A DNA stretch of 64,000 nucleotides from Eledone cirrhosa (Eukaryota). A model generated the notes under the pieces. It saw only the letters and a program-made list of their open reading frames with translations. It was not told the origin of the DNA and did not search any database. Made by a program: the position numbers and the translations under genes. Of the stretch, positions 56,272 to 64,000 are shown piece after piece; positions within the stretch are counted from its first letter, which is position 1; each line of letters starts with the position of its first letter. The stretch lies in NCBI GenBank assembly GCA_964016885.1, contig OZ024743.1:15934001-15998000 (forward strand), given 5' to 3'.

Positions 56272-56705
56272 TCCACCCCACCCACACCGCCCCTTTCAAT
56301 GTAAAGTTATGTTGGTCCCACAACATCCAGGCCGAAACAAATGAGATCGTGTAGGTGTCACGACAAAAAACACACAGTCCACGCTGTAAATGTGGCCGTG
56401 TAGGCAACACGGTAAAAACCTCCCAGCCCCACACTGTAAATGTGGTTGGTGTTAGGAAGGGCATCCAGCTGTAGAAAACCCGCCAGACAGTCCACGCTGT
56501 AATGTGACCGTGTAGGCAACACAGTAAAAACCTCCCAGCCCCACACTGTAAATGTGGTTGGTGTTAGGAAGGGCATCCAACTGTAGAAAACCCGCCAGAC
56601 AGTCCTATGCGAGCAAGACAACCACTCTTGCCTCAAGTGGGAAAACCCCCGTCCAAACCCATGCAAGCGTGGAACACGGACGCTAAACCTGATGATGATG
56701 ATGAT
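56272..56705 (+). mobile_element. RTE family B 3' UTR copy with ~120 bp internal tandem duplication
   Basis: Matches 50480-50808; cagtccacgctgtaa...gaaaacccgccaga occurs twice. Confidence 0.8.
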
Positions 56706-57754
56706 ATATATATAAGAGTGAGAGAGAGTGAGAGAGTTAGAGAGAGAGAGTGAGAGAGAGAGAGACTGAAAGATAGATAACGCAGGAAAGAGTGATAGGT
56801 GTCAGTTGAGTTACTCATGCAAGAAAGTGAATGAGAGAAAGCGAGTGAGATGCTATTGTCTATTGATGATGATGATATATATATGACATGGCCTTCTTAG
56901 TATTCTGTCACATTGCTCATTCTGATTCCTATTTAAATATCTTTCTGAACTCCTCATCCACCACTCTTACCAACTCATAACACTGATTCCTCCCTCAGAC
57001 ATAGATCACAAACCATACACTTTCAAATATTTGTCATCACCCTCTGCCATAAAATGGAATATCATACAGTAGAGAGGTCCCTTTGGTTTTCTCAAAGGAA
57101 TAGCAATTTCTTTTTATTGCTGATACCACAATAAAATGCCCCATTTAACTATGGAAAATGGCTGATGATTGAATGGAGACAACATAGGTTAGAAAAGACC
57201 GTTTTCACTTGTTGAGAATAAAATTCTAAAATTAGGTGTATGGTAAAATGCAGCCAGCACAATCTATAAAATATTAAGAAGGACCTCTAGTTTTAGAACT
57301 ATGTCAAACTTTGGAACCTATGAGCATGACCTTGTTCCTAACCCCTCTAGGATATCAGGAACTCCAAATAAGAACATCATTGGCCAGTAATGACCCATTC
57401 AACCCATTCCAACACAGGAAACATATGTAAAAGGCTGATTATATACATACACACACACATACACATATATATAGTCCTGTAATTCAATGAGCAGATTGAA
57501 TTACAGGATTATACGTGATTCCTTTACTCTGTTATTTTACTTGATATTTGCACCTTGCATTCTCTCTGCTATCGATCAGCATAAATTGAATAGTATAGGC
57601 TGTCATTTCCAGCATTTGTTCTGTTCATACCACTGGTCACTGCCTCGTGCACGTATTTCCCTTCTATTCACACATGCTACAGGTCAGTTACTATAGTTCT
57701 CTCTCTATATATATATGTCGGTGGCTAATTGGCAGAGTTGTTAAAACATCAGCT

Positions 57755-58651
57755 ACACGGCCACATTACAGCGTGAACTGTGTGTTTTTTGACGTGACAC
57801 CTACACGATCTCATTTGTTTCGACCTGGATGTTGTGGCACCAACATAACTTTACATTGAAAGGGGCGGTGTGGATGGGGTGGGGTGGTGGGACGGGGGTG
57901 TATTTTGTTAGAGATGCCTACAGACTGTAGTAGGTTTTACTTTGTATTTAGGTAAGGCAGGTCTTCTCTATTACTGAGTACCGCCAACGGTCTCGGTCCA
58001 GTGACATTGTCTTGGTGAGGTATAAGTGTGAGAGGTCGGAATTTATCAGCTCGTCCCAGGTTTTTCTGGGTCTGCCTATTCCGTGGCTACCGTCTATCTT
58101 TATTGCCCTGCACTTTGTTATACAGCTATCGTCCTTCATGCGCATCACGTGACCATACCAACATAGCCTTCTCTCGAGTAAACAACATCTGATCCCTCTT
58201 ATTTCTAATTTTTTCCTTAGTTCCTTTATGCTTTGCCGTTCACGTATATTACTATTACACATCCAGTGGAGCATGCAAGCTTCGTTTCTCTCTAGTCTGC
58301 GTATATCCTCTGCACACAATACCCAGGTCTCACTGCCATGCAACATTGCTGTTCGTATGCAGGCATCATACAACCTGCCTTTCATTTTTAGGGAGAACCC
58401 TTTAGCGGCTAATAGTGGTATAAGCTCTCTGAACTTTTTCCATCCAGTTCTGACTCTAGCTACAGTACTTTCAGAGCACCCTCCCCCACTGCTGATTTTG
58501 TCACCCAGGTAACGGAAGCTGTCCACTATTTCTATAGAACCCTCTGCGCAGTTGAAAGAGCTAGTATTTTGTGTGCACTTGCTGCTACTTATTGCACCAG
58601 AGCACCGGCCACATGTAAAGTCTATGTTCTTAATTAGCTTACCTGTGATCC

Positions 58652-58653
<2 letters not shown>
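57755..58653 (-). mobile_element. RTE family B fragment
   Basis: ORF 57948-58700 is nearly identical to 49855-50415 on the opposite strand. Confidence 0.9.
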
Positions 58654-58699
<46 letters not shown>

Positions 58700-58727
58700 T
58701 ACATATGTGTATATATATATATATATG

Positions 58728-61700
58728 TCATCATCATTATCATCATTATCATCATCATTTACGTCCACTTTTCCCTGCGTGCAAAGGTGGGATGGGTTCT
58801 ATGCAGCACAGCATCTCTCCTCTTGTCGCGGGCCTTTGTCATCTCCCCCATGAGGTTCAGTGATCTGAGGTCTGCTCTCACCACCTCGGCCCATGTTTTT
58901 CAAGGTCATCCTCTACTGCATCTTCATTCTACTTGGATTTATTGGCAATTCTTTACCTAGCAGTCATCATCCATGCACATCACCTGTCCGTACCATCTCA
59001 GTCTTCTCTCCTGCACACCACAACTTATCCCCCTTATACCCAGTTTCTCTCTCAACTCATCTATGATTGGTCGTTCATGCACATAGACATTGCACATCCA
59101 ATGGAGCATGCTTGCTTCATTTCTCTCCAGCTGTCACATATCCTCTGCAGTTGCTGCCCATGTCTCACTACCATGTAGTATCATGCATCTCACACAGGCA
59201 TCATATAACCGGCCTTTTGTACGCAGGGAGAAACCTTCTTTGTCAACAGAAGAAGCAGCTCCCTAAACTTCTTTCAACCTGTCCTTATTCTAGATACAAT
59301 GGCCTTGGAACACCCCTCTTCCCATGCTAATCTGATCACCTAGGTACCGGAAGCTATCAACCACTTCTATAGAACCCACCTGCATTTGAAAAATGTGTCT
59401 GTCACTGCGATTACTACTGTCAACCTTCCCTGTACATCTACTGCATATTTAGTTTTCCCTACCTGTTAGTTTGCCTGCTATCCCACTACATCTCTTGTGT
59501 ACCCAAGATCTGCATTGCATACATCTTTTAGAATTTATGCCATTTCCTTTTCTACATATCGAACATGGCCATTTCCCTGATGGAATCAGGGTTTTGCCCA
59601 CTTTTCTACTTATCAACACTTTTGTCTTAGCTAAGTTCACTCTGAGTCCTCTTAATTCCAACTGCTGTTTCGTTAGCCAGAATTTCTTCTCTAGCTCCTC
59701 TACTGATTCTGCTATAATACTAATAATAATAATGAAGTATAGTACATAGGGTAATGTACAAACGTCAGGAAAATGAACAGTGCATGAGTCATGATATGCA
59801 CATGCGTGCATGTGTATGGAAGGGGTACATCAGGTGTAGTTTAGGCGAATTTTGGGAAGCATGAGGGTTTTAAAGTATGCAGTGTCTCAGCAGCTAACAA
59901 CTGACGCAGGCAGTGTGTTCCATGCTTCAGCAACTCTGAGTGTCAAAAAATGTTTCCGAAAGTCATGGGAGCTGTGCTGTTTTCTGATTTTGTAGGCATG
60001 TCCGCTTGTGTTAGACACATGGAGATCAAAAAGGTGCTCAGGGTTGTTGTTGGCGAGATGCTTAATAATTTTGTGGGTGTTTACCAAGTCCATTGCCAGA
60101 CGTCGGAGCTTCAATGAATCCATGCCCAGGGAAGCAAGGCGTTCAGAGTATGGTAGGTGTCTGATGGAGGGTATGCACTTGGTTGCACGTCTCTGAAAAG
60201 TTTCCAGGAGGTCAATGTTCTGAGCAAGATAGGGGTTCCAGACTGATGATGAGAATTCCAAGTGTGGTCGTACCATAGCTGTATACAGCTTTAAATAGAT
60301 GGCTGGAGAGTGGCTAACAAAGGTCTTGCTGAGTGATGCCAAGACACCCTTGGCCTTCTTGACAATCTTAGAGACATGCTTTGTCCAACACAAATCGCTG
60401 CTGACAGTAATGCCCAGGTCACGTTCACAAGAGGACTTCTTGATATCAGTGTTGTGGAGGGAGTATGTGGACGCTGGATTTTTCCTCCCAAAATGCATGG
60501 TGGTAAACTTGTCCACAGCCAGCTTCAGTTGCCAGTCTGTGATCCATTGCTGCATTGTGTCCAGGTCTGACTGTAGGAAAGAGTTGTAGATTTCAGGATC
60601 AGTCCTTTTGATTTCAAGGTACAGCTTGATGTCATCTGCTTATTTCAGTACCGTGGCATTCATTAAGTTGGCATCTATGTCATTAATATATGACACAAAC
60701 AAAAGGAGACCAAGAACAGATCCCTGTGGTACACCAGATGACATCTCATATGGTGAAGAATGCTGTCCTAGAACCTCTTTTCGGCTGAGAATGAAGGATT
60801 TCAACCAGTTAAAGAGATCATCCCTCACACCCATTGCAGAGAGTTTTGCCATAAGTCCAGGATTCCATCAGTTTGGCAATACAGCTAGTAAGACTGACTG
60901 GACGATAGTTGGCAGGTGACGTGCGGTCGCCCTTTGTGAACAGGGAATGACACTGGCAGTTTTCCACTGCTCCGGAGTAGCACCATTGTTGAGACAGTAT
61001 TGAAAGAAGAAAGAAAGCTGGTGCAAAAGGAAGTACCTGCCACGTTTGAGAAGCAGGTAGTAACACCATCAAGACCAGGGGAGGCATAGTTGCACTTATT
61101 CTTAAGGTGATGTCGCAACATTGCAGGTGTAAATTCCATAGTTATGGAATTTGATGTTAGAGATGGTGGAGATGGTACATTCTGGTTTTCAAAAGTAAAA
61201 ATGCTTGCATAGCACTCAGCAATGAGTTCTGCACATTCTTTGGGATCGTCAGTGATCTGGCTTGTGTGGGGATTGCGAAGAGGACCAACTGGAGAGTGAA
61301 GTCTCTGCTTTGAATGAACATATTTCCAGAAGATCTTACTGTCAGGATTGGTTGCTATGCACTCTTCAAATTCAAGCACTGCCTTCTTTGTCACTTGTTT
61401 GAGATGGTTGGAAGATTTATTCTGCTTTTTTCTGTTGGCATCTGATTTATGCAGTTTATATTCCCGTTCAGCGTTCCAACGTTCTTTCCTGGCAAGTCGG
61501 ACCGCTGAAGTTTCCCAAATTGCACTTTTGGAAGAAGAAGAACCAGATCATCAACATAGAGAAGTTTCCATGGGCAGCCAGTCTTAAACTTCTCTGTTAT
61601 GGCTTGTAGGTCTATAATGAACAAGAGTGGGCTGAGGACCGAATGCTGATGTACTCCTACTTGTATCTGGAATTCCTCACTAAACTCCATTCCTACTCTC

Positions 61701-62343
61701 ACTTTACTAAGGAAACTAGGTGTACTCACTTTACACCTAGATTCCTTAGATTGGGATACCCTATCAAAGGCCTTCTCTAGGTCAACAAAAGCTAAGTATT
61801 GTGACTTATTCTTCTCTAAGAACCTCTCTTGTAGTTGTCTCACTAAGAAGTGGGCATCTGCTGTACTTTTCCCAGGCACAAAACCAAACTGCATCTCATC
61901 TAGTTTGACCCTTTCTCTAATCAGTTGCGTTAATATTCTCTCTGCCACTTTCATAACCTGATCCATTAGCTTTATGCCCCTATAATAGCTCCTCGCCAGT
62001 GCATCCCCTTTACCTTTGTAGCAATTTATGAGAATACTGCTGCACCAGTCTTTGGGTATGACACCGCCATATATAGCTTGATTGATGATGCCTGCAACCA
62101 GTTTAGTGCCTACTTCTCCTGATGCCTTCAGCATCTCAGCAACTATCCCCAACGGTCCAGCGGCCTTACCATTTTTCATTTCCTTAATTGCCTCTTGGAC
62201 TCTATATTCATCAATCTCAATAGCTGGTCCCTCTGTCGGGTCTACTGGGGGTAATTTATCTCTCTCCCATTCGTCCTCCACATTCATCAGTATCTCATAA
62301 TGACATTTCCAAGCCTCCTATTTTTGATCATTCGTGACACTAA

Positions 62344-62345
<2 letters not shown>
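58728..62345 (-). mobile_element. RTE family A copy split by a nested CR1 (RTE parts 58728-59716 and 61538-62345)
   Basis: ORF 61391-62287 ends ...LLYVDDLVL and ORF 59449-59811 resumes IAESVEELE. Confidence 0.9.
59717..61537 (-). mobile_element. 5'-truncated CR1-clade LINE
   Basis: NPDSKIFWKYV; NYRPVSLTSC; SGVPQGSVLG; ERDLGI; VRPHLEF..SVWNP; QRRATK; RVAEAWNTLP; (ATT)n tail. Confidence 0.9.
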
Positions 62346-62377
<32 letters not shown>

Positions 62378-63572
62378 AGAGAGAGATAAACTTTGCTAGT
62401 ATGAAAAACATGTTAAATGATGAAGACGATGATGATGATATTCTGTGAATTGAAACATGCCCGAGCAGTCTAATCAGATTAAGAGTAGCAGCTACTTTGA
62501 GTTAATAGAACAAGAAATTGTAAATTTCAAGTAAATAGAACAAGAAATTATATTACTAGTTTGCCATTGTCTAGTAAATGTTTTAAGAGAAATTATTGAA
62601 AATTTCGTTGCTATATATTTTTCTATTTTCTTAATAAAAAAAGAATAAATTTTTTCTTCTTTTGCTGTAGCAGTAGAGTTAGTTCTTTGAGTCAAATTTC
62701 ACTACTGTACATAGTAAATGTTGTCTACGGACAACAGACTCATTCCATAAGTTCTATTTTTACTTAATGGCAATATTTATATATACTGTTTATTTTATAT
62801 ATTTGTCATGGATCGTTCTTTCTTTATTTATATTTTTAGATTTGCAAACACTGCTTATAGCAAACATGGGTTTAACAAGCTTGAAGATTGAGACATTTTC
62901 ATCAATTAATAGAACAGATATTTTACAGATGAACAAGTTTTAATACAGCTAACAAATAAAGTATAAAGTGAAAGTATTATTTAATTTTAGCTAGAATATC
63001 TGAGTGTGTTAATATTTTATATTCAATATAAAGATTCAAAGTCAGCCAATTTGACTACCAGACATATGCCATGATGACCCCCACCCATAAAATGACACAT
63101 AAGATTTTCATTTCTTTGCTAGAAAGAACAATTAAACCAATTTTATATAGTTGTAGGTTTGTTGCCACTGCATATATACACCATGTGCATTTCGAGGTAT
63201 GGCCAGCTGTTATACGTTGAAACAGATGTAGAATTAACATTAAGTTTTAAGTATAACTTGATTATTCTCTCTCCATTTATATATTAAAAGTTTATATATA
63301 TATTAAATGTTTTGAAATCCAAACACAGATTTGCTACAATAATCATAGCTTTAGAAATGTCAATTAGTGACAGAAAATTTGTCACCAGAAAGAATTGAAC
63401 TCTGTATCTCATGAATTCTGGCCAAGTGCATTTCCTTTATGCCAAATGGTAGCTGACAACAATTTCTGTCTAAATTAGGATCTGTATACAGTAGCATTAG
63501 AAAAGTAAAAAAAATACAAGAGAACAATACAATGACAATACATCTATATATTAATTTAATGCTTTATATAGT

Positions 63573-63735
63573 AGGTTGCAAATTGGCAGTGTTGTTAAGA
63601 TGTTGGATAGAATGCTTTACGCTATTCATCCCACCTCATTGCACGCTCTGAGTTCAAATCCCGCTGATGTCAACTTTGATTTTCATCTTTCAAGGTCAAT
63701 AAAAAAAGTACCAGTCCAGTACTGGGGTCGACTCT
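63573..63735 (+). mobile_element. SINE (same family as 45098-45300)
   Basis: tggcagtgttgttaag...ctgagttcaaatcccgctgatgtcaactttg...agtaccag...tactggggtcga. Confidence 0.65.
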
Positions 63736-64000
63736 TCCTCTATAGAAAAAATCAGCTGTGTTCAGACCTGGAGAAGGTTGAACTCTGACATGTTTGAAAG
63801 TGCATTAGGCATATGGTGCTTCTACGACTCCACAAGGAGTTATAGGATCTTTATCCTATCCTTTATATAGTAGGAACAAAGCCTTAACATTTAGGATATT
63901 AGTCCTTCATCAGGTGATAAAATGAAAGAGAGGAGAGGATGTTTGGGAGAGAGAAGAAGATAGGTGAGAGTAAGGAAACAAAAATTGGAAATGGTTATCC

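Noticed and set aside
63881-63916. Minus-strand CTGATGA-agga(ctaata)tcct HHR-like motif
   Set aside because: No GAAA core and stem I does not pair; probably a decayed PLE end.

Overview
AT-rich eukaryotic non-genic DNA made almost entirely of transposable elements separated by (TA)n, (AAT)n and (GAT)n microsatellites. The repeat mix (CORE-type tRNA SINEs, RTE LINEs with GAT tails) suggests an octopus or other coleoid cephalopod; this is inference, not proven. No host protein-coding exon could be supported. Main contents: a near full-length but disrupted Tx1/L1-clade LINE (0.6-6.6 kb); a 3' remnant of an R4/Dong element in an (AAT)n tract; a 3.1 kb Penelope-like element (PLE; RT + GIY-YIG) with inverted terminal repeats; several RTE LINE copies, one with a nested CR1; mariner, CRE and Helitron relics; and SINEs whose tails match the RTE 3' end. 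The most notable signal is non-coding RNA structure that the ORF track misses. About a dozen type I 'minimal' hammerhead ribozyme (HHR) motifs from at least six unrelated repeat families are present. These include a 1.75 kb palindrome of head-to-tail ~420 bp non-coding units, each with one HHR (retrozyme/circRNA-like), and a repeat copy that ends within 1 nt of its predicted ribozyme cleavage site. Element boundaries are read by eye and are approximate unless a motif is quoted.
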